From contig CM022679.1 of the NCBI GenBank assembly GCA_012295275.1, forward strand, positions 15,376,001 through 15,440,000: a stretch of DNA of 64,000 bases, in the 5' to 3' direction. The stretch comes from Chrysomallon squamiferum (Eukaryota > Animalia > Mollusca). Made by a program: the position numbers and the translations under genes. Below, in pieces: positions 49,710-62,240 of this stretch (the first letter of the stretch is position 1; every line of letters starts with the position of its first letter). Under the pieces are notes generated by a model that was not told the origin of the DNA, did no database searches, and worked only from the letters and a program-made list of their open reading frames with translations.

Positions 49710-52700
49710 TCAGTTGTCTTCAGTTTGTGTAGATTTGGATACTGTTTTTCGCTTTCTTTTTACATTCGTTCGGGGTGATCGTTTAGATTTAGATGCAGTC
49801 TTTTTCTTTTTAGCAACAACAGTTCTCTTTCGTTTTGGTCGTTTTGTTCTACTGACAACCCTGATTAAATCCTCTCTGCCTTCTTTCTTCATTTTGTCTT
49901 CCCAGACAGCCATTTCTTTCTCATACCGTTCTTTGTCAAGTTCAGCATCATTAACATATATCTGCAACAGAAAAGTTATCTTAGAATTTCCAGGTGTAAT
50001 GGTAATGGACATAACAGTCATCAGAAACTGATCCAGAAAAATACTCAAAACCTTTCACAAAAATTTCTAACAAATCTTTAACTCTTTTTCTGTAATTTGA
50101 TGTAAAGCAGACCATTTAATGTGAAAAAACACTGACTTTATACCTTTTTATAATATATTTCATTACAGAAACAAATTTATAATTTTTATTATTTTCTTTT
50201 AAGATTCATTACAATTACCTGCTTTTCCTCCTCTGGCATCATTTTCCAGTATTCTACTAAACCTTTAAGGAATGTCTGAAAAAATATCAGCAAATTATTA
50301 TTTAAACAATCAATATAAACCATAATTTTAAAAAGGTAACTGTACATTTATTTTTGTTGAGCATTTTTCAATAACTGAAAATTCTAATCATCATGAAATA
50401 CTTTCTGGTTGTTAATTCATCTCCTGTTTATTATTTTAGTTTATTTTACAAATCAATAATGTGAATACTGAAATAATTTATATTAATTATAATATCAAAC
50501 TGCTTATTTGTCTGTACACAACACCACCACTACCAAATAAAAAAAATAAAAAATTAAAGTTAAAATAAATAAATAAAAAGAAAAACAAGATGAATGTCAA
50601 AAATTTCTATTAATACTTTAATTTGATCAATATTAAAACATTATATTTCACATGTATCTGTTACTTACCTTTGCATCAGCTTCTCCTCTTTCAAGTTTTG
50701 AAGATTTTACAAATAGACTAAAAGCGTTCCTTGGTCTGATTGGTTTTCCTAATTTCTTCCATTCCTGATACAAATGAAAGAAATTAGAAAATTTTAAAAA
50801 TAAATTAACAAGAAACTCTACAAACAAAATTATCTGTTCTGAAGAGAATGATCATGTTACTTGTAATTTTTCAATTTCGGACTTTAAATTATAAAAAACA
50901 CATTTATTATTAAAATGTTTGAAATTGCTTATTTAATTTGGTATAATAAAGCATCAAACAGTAAACACAACAGTTAACAGAAGTCCTTGTTTTAATAAAG
51001 AGATTATAATTATGAAAGTTTATAAAAATACTACATGAAATTTGTTTTGTATTTAAAATAGAATTTAGAGAGAATTTGTTAGGGATTCCATTATTGAGAA
51101 AATTCATGACCTACTTTCAGTTACAGTTACAAAATATTTCAAATTTTTGATGCAGAAAGCTATGTATGTCATTATTATTTAATGTTGTTCAAGTGACAAT
51201 ACAAATCTGCCCATTCCAAAGATATATATATATAACCAACATCTTCATAGATTAGAATTCTAAAATATGAGGTGAGAGGTGTTAAAACTAGAAAACATTG
51301 TTTTCTTTGTTTAAACAAAAAAAAAATTGTGTGCTAACAAGCATACCTTCTTCTTTCTTTTCTTTGCTAAAGAAACTTTACGCTCTTTTTTCTTCTCTGA
51401 TATTTCCTGAATTTCTTCTGGTGTCAGATTGCTTAAATAATTTTCATACTGTCGTTTGTACTCAGCTAATCTCTGTAATCCTTCTTGCTGAAATTTCTAC
51501 AAAAAGAGGGAAAAAAAAGAAATGAATACTCATGAAAAAGAAAATCTTGTCAAAAATAAGATTTTAAAATTACTCTTTTAAATGTATGTGTTTATATATA
51601 TGTGTGTGTGTGTGTGTAGTTAAATGGTATAAGTAATGTTTAAATTATGTTTTGGAGGAAAACAAAAATTGAAATATTCTTTTGATAGAAACTAATATAA
51701 TAAATGTAAAACACTGGTTAAATGTTTGATTCCTACACTCTTTTCTTCTGGATCTAATTCACGCCATAACTGTCCTGCAATTTTGGCCTGCTCTTGGATT
51801 CGGAGATCTGTACGTATTTGAAACAAGAAAATGTCACATTAAATAACATTAAAATCAAACAAATAATTATTACAAAGGCAAATAAAGAAATGGTTTACTG
51901 CTTTTAATTATACTACTAGAATGTAAATGCTTAATCCTTTGAACCCTACGACCCCATCCTTATATGATCTTCCCCCTGAGCTCCCAGTGAAAATTTGCAA
52001 AAAAATCAGTTATGAGTTATTTGCATTCTTGTGCCGGTACTTTGTTGTCATTTATGATAAATAAACAAATACAATAAATATTCCATGTTGTTTATTACAC
52101 TTTTCACTTCTACCTCAAAAACTGAACTTTTGTGTGTCGGTCATGCCAGCAATTTTGCTGTGGTACCGTGCACAAGATTTTACACCAGTAAACTGTTTTG
52201 GACTTTTTGGGAAGGTCCTTATAAGCAGCACTAGGATTTTGTTGTCTGGCCATGTTGTGCTTTTCCAGACACACTACACACCTATTGTTTGATGTTGCAT
52301 GGGGGGGGTCTTTCCACCTCATGATGTCTGTAATCTTGGAGGTGTTTGTCTGTGTACGGATGCACATTCACCAGTAATAGACAGCGATAATTGCCTACAA
52401 ATTCATGGCAGAGTTTTTCAACAAACACATGGAATGTAAATATTCATAATGCCTGCTCGGTTGTCCCTTTCTTACCGCTCATGTTTATAGTGAAAAATAT
52501 TTTTAAAATCTGCAATTTTATTCCAAAAACATTCTCGAAGCTTCCTGCCGGAAGTATGGCCGAGTATACAATATCAAGAATATCAAGGTGTAAACAAATT
52601 CACACAGCGGCCCAGCAGGTATATATATATTATATGTTCAGGCTAGAAAACCAGCCTGGTGGGTTCAAAAAAGTCTTCAAACTTCCTGCCTAAAGTATTG

Positions 52701-54397
52701 CCGAATATACGAGTAGAAACTGCAATGTAAAACAGTCTCTGGTTAGTTGAATAGTTGCTAGGAAATCAATGTGTAAACAAAAACAAGGAGACTGGTAAAG
52801 CGGCTCAGCAGACATATATACTATACGCTCAGGCTGAAAAACTGGCCTGGCGAGTTCAAAGGGTTAAAATAAGTTTTTCATCAGTAAATAAACATGTACT
52901 TCTGGGTTTTTTTGACAGTTTCTTATTATTGTCCATTATAAAATTAATATTTTTAAGTTTAGAAAAAAGAAGAAGTTTGTAATCAACAAACCTGGATTAT
53001 TCCTAACTATTTCTTCTTGTTTTGATTTAAAAAACAGAAAAAATGAAGGAACTGGTTTCCTGGGTGGCTCATTTGCTCGGCATGGTAAACTGGTTGAAAC
53101 CATGTATCTTACAATACATCCTAATTCATGAGGCAATCTAAAACAGAAAAATAAAAAAAAAAATTTTTAGATTGATGAAATACTGATTTTTTTAGTACCA
53201 CTCCTGTTAAACAGCTTTTAGATTATCACTGAATCTTAGTGTTAATTAACATCTTAATTAAAATTTCATTAATTTTATTTTATTCCAAGATTCTGGAACA
53301 TACTATTTTATAGACATTTCCATAAAATTTATTTTTAGTCACATTTTCAGTTTACATCTTTATTATGAAAACTGTTATCAGAATAATGATGTAATACTAA
53401 TAACTGTAATAATAATAAATAAATAAATAATAATTCTTTCAGCAGAGGTTTTGTCTATTTTGCTACCATTTGTTGTTCTGTTACTAGTGCAAACATAAAG
53501 AGAAAAGCTCATTTTTGCTTTTCAAATCATGATCAAATATGGTACAGCCATACAAATTTCAACTGAGTAAATATGGAAAATTGTTTTTATTTCAGATCAG
53601 TTTTTTATATTTAAATAACTTCAATTCATATTTTTTATTCAGTTTATTGTTATTTTATCAGTTATTCCTTTAATGTTTTAAAACATTTAAGATAAGCCTC
53701 CAGATGGATTAACAATTGTGAATGAACCTGGATCGAAATTGACAGGTATGTGACAATAAGAATACAAAGTTAGCTGTGTAACAACCAAATTGGTTTTTAC
53801 ATTTTTGTATAAATATATGACCTTTTCTTCTTTATCATACCAAAATATTAAATAAAATTTCTTCTGACAAGACGTGGATCTAAAATGCATAATGAAATAA
53901 TTATATAAATATACAAAACCTATTTTAAATTTATTATTTTTAAAACTACATAAAGTAAATTTTATTTGTTGACTTTTTTATCATGATCTCATTAGAGTTA
54001 GGGCCCTTGGTTTTAAAAGCCTAGCGCTACTTTTTAAAGTAATTTGTTCGTGTATTTTATATTAGAACTATTTTACTGATACGCTTTTTTGTTAACTGCA
54101 CAGTTACAAAATATTAAATGATAAAATGAGTTTAAAATATGGCCATTCCGCCAAGTCCTTCGGCTTCATTACTGTTCTGATGTTCATGAATGATGAAGTC
54201 ACATTCACATCGTCACATGCTACATTTGTATTTTTACTAAATAAAAGTGTAATATTTTTATTAGCTTTGGATCAGGTACACGCATTTTAACCTCTCTAAT
54301 TATGAAGTCAAACTGTCATTAACTACCTTTGTGATGCAAACGAGTATCGTTGCATATAATTTCTCCAAAACACCCGACAGCATAGCGTGCCTGCCAT
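49710..54397 (-). CDS. TFAM: Mitochondrial transcription factor A (two HMG boxes), about 280 aa
   Basis: Exons (minus) 54397-54327, 53137-52992, 51807-51737, 51496-51347, 50764-50669, 50275-50219, 49961-49710 (843 nt). Arg-rich, acid-free presequence MAGTLCCRVFWRNYMQRYSFASQR. HMG1 PPRKPVPSFFLF...WRELDPEEK; HMG2 LGKPIRPRNAFSLFV...WKMMPEEEKQ; TFAM-typical RYEKEMAVWEDKMKKEGREDLIR. Seven-exon layout as in vertebrate TFAM. Confidence 0.93.
51935..52863 (-). mobile_element. Non-autonomous piggyBac-like element in TFAM intron 2
   Basis: TTAA|TCCTTTGAAC ... GTTCAAAGGG|TTAA (TTAA target duplication, about 10-bp TIR). The minus-strand frame 52110-52367 encodes a piggyBac C-terminal Cys-rich domain (RCVVC...KTVYWCK.LC....NCWHDRHT). 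Confidence 0.85.
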
Positions 54398-54763
54398 ACT
54401 TAGCGTGGGCAGCGCGGTTAAAGGATGAGTTTGAAATGTAAAGTTACCGAATATACATAAAGCTTCTAAAACAGAAATTCGATAAAGTATTTTATTTTAT
54501 AAATTCATATAAATTTAATGTGAGTAAACTTCATCTAACAAATAGATTATTATTGCCTTAAGTGATTTGTTATTTTTGTTAAGTTTGCATTGCAATAATT
54601 TCTCCCTCTGACGTCAAACTCCTGGTAAACGTATGCACCTTGCAGAATAAATTATACTAAATGGTTCAGTAACATAACGCAACCTGTCATCAAACGCAGA
54701 CTAGAAACTTTTTTCTGTCTTGTTTCTTTTGCTTTAATATATTTCTTACAAAAACGTTAAAGA
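54398..54763. promoter_or_regulatory. Putative bidirectional promoter TFAM/CPE containing a full CRE (TGACGTCA, 54609-54616)
   Basis: The divergent start codons are 366 bp apart, with a perfect CRE palindrome between them. Confidence 0.7.
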
Positions 54764-57700
54764 ATGTCATATTTATTTCCGATATTCATCTTTCTGGTGT
54801 CAACATGTTCAGCTTTCGAGTTTATTCACCACGACTATAATGCAATGCTTCAAGTGATGACTGATGTCCATAGAAGATGTCCCGAAATCACGAAAATCTA
54901 CAATCTGTCAGAACCTTCGGTGGAAAACAGAAATTTGACAGTCATTGAAATTAGTGACAATCCAGGAGTGCATGAAATAGGTAAGAATTGAAATAATATC
55001 TACCTAACTACTCAGTCTTTTTTGCTGTATTTTATAAATTATTGTTAATCAACTTAATCGGTTAATGTTAATAGTAATTATTAACGAAGAGGAAAAATCT
55101 CTTTTAAACAGATTGAATTGAGTTACTAACCATTGCCGTTATTAAATAATAAAAGAGTTACAGTAGATTTGGGTAATTCAATAATTTATTTTAAAATCAT
55201 ATGTTTAATAAATATTGTATTAGTAGTTGCCAAAAATATCAGTGCTTATTATGTTATTTTCTGAGAAATGAATATTTACTGAATTTGAATATTAAACTCT
55301 TGACATAACAGGCACATGCATTTCCCATATGTATAACTGATATTTATGTATGTAAGAATCTGATTGTACTATATATTTATTATTTACATAACTTTTAAAA
55401 TACAAAATCAGGTTTTGTTAGATTAATTCAAATTCACATTGTATCTTAATTGATTCAAAACCATTGCTAAAATACTGTCTTCAAAACAATCACCAGAATC
55501 CCCCTCTTAAAAGAAAAAAACATGAAAAAGAATAGTAATAAAAATAGGTTTTCAAACAAAAGTAAAACAAACAAAAAAAGCCTTCTAAAATAAACCCTGT
55601 ATTACAAATATTAATAAAAGATACTAATATTACATATCCAGTTATTTCTAGATACAACAGGGTCCCTTTATTAAAATAATACAAAATGCATACTGATACA
55701 AATGTTAAATAAGAAAATGACATAAATACATTTAACATGGATTATGTCATTTTGATGTGTTCTACAGAACACAAAGGCCAAACTAGATACAACAGTTATT
55801 TCTAGATGTAACAAGGCCCCTTTTATTATAACTGCAACACATGATAAAATAATACAAGATGTAGTATGTTAAATAAGAAAATGAAGTGACATTTAACATG
55901 GCTTTATGTCATTATGATGCATTTTATAGCAGAGTTCCACAGAACACAAAGGCTAAACTATTAGACCAAGCTGTCACATTTGTAAAGAATTATTAATAAT
56001 ATATAATAATAGTAACAATAATAGTAATAATCGAATGAAGATTCATAACAGCTGATACATTCAGACATGGATTATTGTTTATTAAACTGAAGTATTATTT
56101 ATTTCATCAGATATTAATTACTTGCAAACAGCTGTAATTTTTCATAAGGTAGAATATAATTTTACATGAATCCAGATCATGGTGAGGTGTTTCATAGCAG
56201 TTATGGAAAAACTATTACGGACAGGCAATGTCATTTAATTTGATGAAGATTTAAACAGTTGATAGGTACACACATGGTTTATTGTTTATTAAACCTGAAA
56301 TATTATTTATTTCATCAGATATTTGGATCATAATTACTAGCACACTGTCATCATTTGTCATAAGGTAGAATAATATGCTGGTATGGCCATCAAATAAGTG
56401 ATTATTGTGTAAACCATCATTCTCTTCTTTAATTTGAATCTCATTCTTTGAAGGATCCAGGCTAGGCATAATTTTATTCATAATAATTAATGATAGTTAA
56501 ATAGAAGTTTCATATCTATAATGTTGTCTGTAAAGTGAATATTAATGTAATTATATTTTCAAATTATTAATATTTTATATCATTGTTACAAACAAGATCT
56601 GTAAATAAGATATTATACTGAAAGTTGTATTTAATATAAATAATTTAAAAAAATTATTAAAAAAATTAAAATCTTTTCTTATGTTATTAAGTTACATGAT
56701 TAGAAAGATAATATTTTCAAGTATTATTTTAAAACAATTCTTAAGATGAGTATATTTTTAAAACAAGTTTTATCTTTCATTTAATGTTAGGGTTGAGGAT
56801 TTAAGTTGTTATCTCTAGAAACAGAGATAATGTATACTTTGAAAAAACTAATTGATTATAATTGTTAGTTATATGTTAATTTGTATATGTCCTGTTTGTT
56901 TGTAAAGAATATTCTATATCATATATGTTTTAGAAATGTAATAAATCTTTTAAGTTAATTATGGCTAAAAACAACAGCTCAGAACCCCCACAAAAATTAG
57001 TTGTAAATTAGGCAGTGCAGTTTACACATAAAAAAAAAAAATAATAGTAATATTAGGAAGAAAAAGATACTTCATTAAATATTTCCAACAGTCTAAAGTA
57101 AATATCTGTAGAACTGCTGTCCTAATTATGTAGTAAATTTATTGATAGATGTTGCACAAAATTGTTTTGTATTTCCACAACATAAAATGCATGTATATAA
57201 TAAAGTATTGGAGTTAAAAAAAAAAAAAAAAGTAAATAAGAGAGACGGCAAAAAACTGGGCATGTGATATAATATTCTTGAACATTTTTAATTTCATTCT
57301 GTATGAAATATTTTATTGTGGAAAAATAACACTATTTTACTAAGCCATTAGCTGTCTTAATAGAAATAAAAGCTTTCAAAATGAATGATATAAATACCAT
57401 TCAGAGATAACATATGTTAATGTATTTATCCATTATGATACAACTGAAATAAGCCACCTTAGTGGCAAGTGATAGCTTTTCCTTTAAATTTTCCATTTAT
57501 AATTTTAAATACGGCTAGAGTTAATCTATCAGCCCATTTTAGTATAACTGAAATAAGCCACCTTTATGGCAAGTTACAGTTTTAACAGTTAAAACCCACC
57601 ACCTCTTTCCTTTCCTGCCTATTAATTCTGTCAGTTTTACATTTTCTGTGAATGGCTAGAAAGGATCTAACTATCCATTCACAAGCTCTGTCAGTATTAC

Positions 57701-60700
57701 ACTAACACTCGCTTTACTGATGTATTGATTAACTTTGGCCTGTTTTCACTATGATTGATTCATGGCGTTCAGGAATTGTTTTCCACTGAGAGAGCATAGC
57801 AAAATAAGCAATGTTGAAAAAACAAAAAAAAAACAGTGTGTATTAACTAAGAGCCCAAAAGAAGATTATTCTAATAACAATATATGCATCTGTAATTAGC
57901 ACTTTGGAATAAAACAAATATTGGTTTGTGTTGGAATTATCCCTTAATTTTGCTTCCATATGGCATTTTCCCCAAGCAGGATATTAACCTTGCACGTCAT
58001 GTTAACAGGAAACATCCAGAAATAAAATACAGGATGGACTATTGATTTTATTTGGCTATTAGGATGATAATTGCTCTCATTATTTTCCAGCCATCATCAT
58101 CATCATTATCATCAACATCATTTTCTTTTGTTTACTAGTATTAACAAGATTCATCAACTGAATATTAAATTATTTTTTATGAAAATAAATTAAAGTACTA
58201 TAGGGATCAACTGTAGCTGAGTGATTAGAGGTGTGACTGGGTATTTATTTATTTATTTATTTGGGATTTATATCAGATTAAAAACTGTTAATTTTCAGGA
58301 GCATTTTATTTCTGCTTTTTTATATTTTTTATATTTATGAAATAAAAAGTGAATTATATAAAATATACGAAAAGCATTTCTTTAATGTAAAATTCCTTAC
58401 TGTTAATTAAATTTTCTGTGTTGTTTTTATTAAATCTGTGTGTGTGTGTGGGCACATGCATTCTTTCTATAAAGAATGTATTATTCTTTCTTGCTAAAGT
58501 GTGTAGACAAATAGAATAAATTGTTTGAAAGTCCAGATTTGCCAAGATGATAGATACACTGCTGATCAATTCCATTATAACATCAAATAATGAGAAATAA
58601 ATTGATTTTTTACATCCACATTTTCTCACTGATGTTTCTATAATGGTGTATCTGTACAAAGATGATTTAGTTTATCTTTAACAGTAACCTTTTGAAAATT
58701 AGTCAATATAGATCAATCTCTTATCCTGTTCAGATAAGAATTGTTAATAAGGAACCAAGGTTTGGAATTAGTTGCAGGTTTTCAATGTAACTGACACATA
58801 TTGCATACATGAGTGTAATGTAAACCTTTTATGTTAAATGGTATGCAGTGATGTAAAAATATTTTTAAATGTGTGTGTGTGTGTGTGTGAGAGAGCGGAG
58901 AGAGACAGAGACAGAAAAACAAACACTTGAAACATATGTTAGTTACTGTAAACAGTATCATACATTCAGAGATATAAAAAATGTTGAATAAATGCAAATA
59001 ATACATAAATAATTATTTTTATTATTGTTTTTAATAATTAATTTTAAAATATGTTTATCAGTACCATTGATAAAAAGATTATAACTGTGTTGAGAATTAA
59101 ATATTATCAAAAGAAATTATTTAATGATTTTTGTTAAGCTGCTAAACTCAGAATTTGATTTACAAATGAAACAAAAGAAAGACGTAATACTATTACATTT
59201 GCTACATATCAATTTCAATAAGGAGAAAAAATTAATTACTTTTTAAAAAAAGAAATTATATTTAATATCTCATTTGTAAGTACTTACAGATATAAAAATG
59301 TAAAAAAAAAAAATACTGACATTATGCTATAAACATATTTGCATTTCATCATTTTGAAGACATTAATATATCATTAACTTTTTTCAGTGTGTTAATCTCA
59401 AATCTGAAAAGTAAATCAGAGAATTTGTTCAGTTTTTATTGACAATCAATTCTTTCACTGAATTATTACCTAATAAAGTGTTATCAGACTGACATTATCT
59501 GCAACTCAATTGTTGTTCAGTGCAGGTGTATACATGCTTAACACATAATGTATCTGGATATTGCTAAACTCTTACATTTATCATTATTTATCATTGAAGA
59601 ATAAGTTTGCATTCTTTTATCATAAGAAGCTGATGTATCTTTTATATGTTGTCCACTAAATGGAATGCATAAAATACCATTAAAACAGAATGAGTGAAAG
59701 AGATAATATAAATTTGAAAAATATGCTTCCATTAATTTTAAAACGAAAAAGAGAAAAAAACATTTTTCAGTTATGTAATAAAATGAAAAAATATCAATTC
59801 TCTGTGTACAGAATGACTTAACAAAAAAAAATATAGCAGCATACAAATATTTCTGTAGTGTTACTGTTTTCTTGAATAACAAATAAAATAGTCATGTGGA
59901 ATAAAATGAAAAGTATTTGGACCATTTGTTCTTATTCACTAAAAGTAAGTTTAGGAAGAAATAATTGACTTATCTCACAGTCTAGGTCACTGCATCAAAT
60001 TAATTTGGATGTCTTTATCTTGAAGCCAAGAACATGTTGTTGCTGTATTTGGAAATTGTATCTGTACTGATCATGCCAGTTTAATCAAGCATGAGAGCAA
60101 GTGTCTTTAGGCAGTTTTACTTGATGAACTGTTCTTGTGAAACAGATTTTGTTAGACAGACATAATCATTTAAAGGTAGTTCAGTATGTAAGTTGTTTCA
60201 ACGAAAATGAATATTTTGTGCACTTGTATCTTTAGATATAATTGTAAAAATTAATGAGAAAATCACATCTTTATTTCTGAAACCCTAACTTTGATTTTGG
60301 AATCTGGCAGTGACATGTTATTTTTATTTTCCAAATGACCAAATTCAGATTTATTTGTATACTTTTTACTATTGATGTTTGAGAACAAGTTAAACAGCTG
60401 TTGTCTAAAATCTGAAGTACAACATGATTCTATCACTTTTTAATTTAAAAAAAAAAAATTATTTAAAATTTATTTCTGGTTAGTTTCATGAAATGATTTG
60501 TTTGTTCTTTCATCTGTGGTGTCATAAATATATGTCATCTAAGCACTGACTCACTTAGTCATTCATTCATTTACTTAGTTCACTTATTCATTCACTCAAT
60601 TTCACTCTATCTGATCCTGCAGTTGTATATTTACTTGTTTCTTCAAGGTGAACCTGAGTTTAAATATGTGGCCAACATGCACGGAAATGAGGTTGTGGGA

Positions 60701-62160
60701 CGAGAGTTGCTGCTCAAGCTAATGGACATGTTATGTGACTACTATCTCAAGGGAGATAATGTTGTCCGATTTCTTGTGCACAATACAAGGATTCATCTGA
60801 TGCCATCCATGAATCCTGATGGATGGGAGAAAGCATATGCTGAAATGAAGGTACATTACCTTGAAGTAGATACAATTAATAAATTATTACAAATGATTTC
60901 AATAATGAAATTTAAAGCAGTTTCATAAACATACACAAACAGGCATAATCACATTTGCATATTTGCATTATGCATATTTATCATATAGATTCTTTTTTTA
61001 AACATTTAATTTCTGTACTGATCAGGAGGATTGTAAGTTTTCCCCAATGATTCAATTTTATTCATCTTCTTTATAACAGAAAAATGTTGAAATTTAAGCT
61101 TTCATTTTCTTCAGATTCTCCTTATTATTAAATTATTGTGGTGTGTTATTATTACTTTATTATTAAAACAGAAAAATGGAGGAAAAGCCAGCTGGTTAAC
61201 TGGTAGAAACAATTCCAACAACATGGACCTGAATCGAAATTTCCCCAACCTGAACAAGATAATGTATGAGCATGAACGTGAACACAAAGGCAAAAACAAT
61301 CACCTTGAGAAGATGGAGTTTGCCATTACCCATACACCAAATGTAAGAATTTGTTTTAAATTGTTTCTATGATGATGTGAACTTAAATACATTTTGTATA
61401 CTTTCAAGTGATTTTTTTTTTTTTTAAAAATAATCAGTCTTTAAGTATGACAACTGTAAGATGTAAAGATTCCTTTTCCTTTCTTATCAGAATGTCAAAT
61501 AACTGATATAAAATAGAAAGAAAAAAATAACAGATGGCTCGTGTTGACATGCTTGAGAAAAGCTTAAAAAAAGAAATGCTAAAGCAAAGAAGAAAGGAAA
61601 ATTATACTAAACAATGATATTTTTAAATAGCGAAGTGTCAACAATATGTTTTTGGTTCTCCAGCTTCAGCCAGAAACCCGAGCAGTAATGAGGTGGATTG
61701 CAAAGATCCCATTTGTCTTGTCTGCCAACCTCCATGGGGGTGACCTTGTTGCTAACTACCCCTATGATGTCACTCACAGTGGTCAGCCACAGGAGTACTC
61801 TGAATCCCCTGATGACTCAACGTTCAGGTGCGTTCACAGATGATTAATATTACCACCACTTCACACCCACCAAATCCATTCTTAGTGTCCACCATCCACT
61901 TTTTCCATGTGTTGTTTATAATTCCATGACATTATAAACAGTTACATACCATGTTCATATTTTTCATTGATCTTCTACTGAACAGATTACTGGCTGAAAG
62001 TTATGCCATGTTCCATGCCACAATGGCTGATGTCAACAGAAAACCATGTGACATGACTGGTGATGATGACTTTGCTAAACAAGGGGGAATAACCAATGGT
62101 GGAGCTTGGTATTCTGTTCCAGGAGGTAAATATTTTAACAATTTGTCTTTGTGATCAGTC

Positions 62161-62240
<80 letters not shown>

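Noticed and set aside
49702-50031. 109-aa hydrophobic plus-strand ORF
   Set aside because: Antisense shadow of the Lys/Arg-rich last exon of TFAM.
54981-60647. 5.7 kb CPE intron 1 as host for a nested gene
   Set aside because: Only short AT-rich ORFs and local duplications; no spliceable coding signal recognised.
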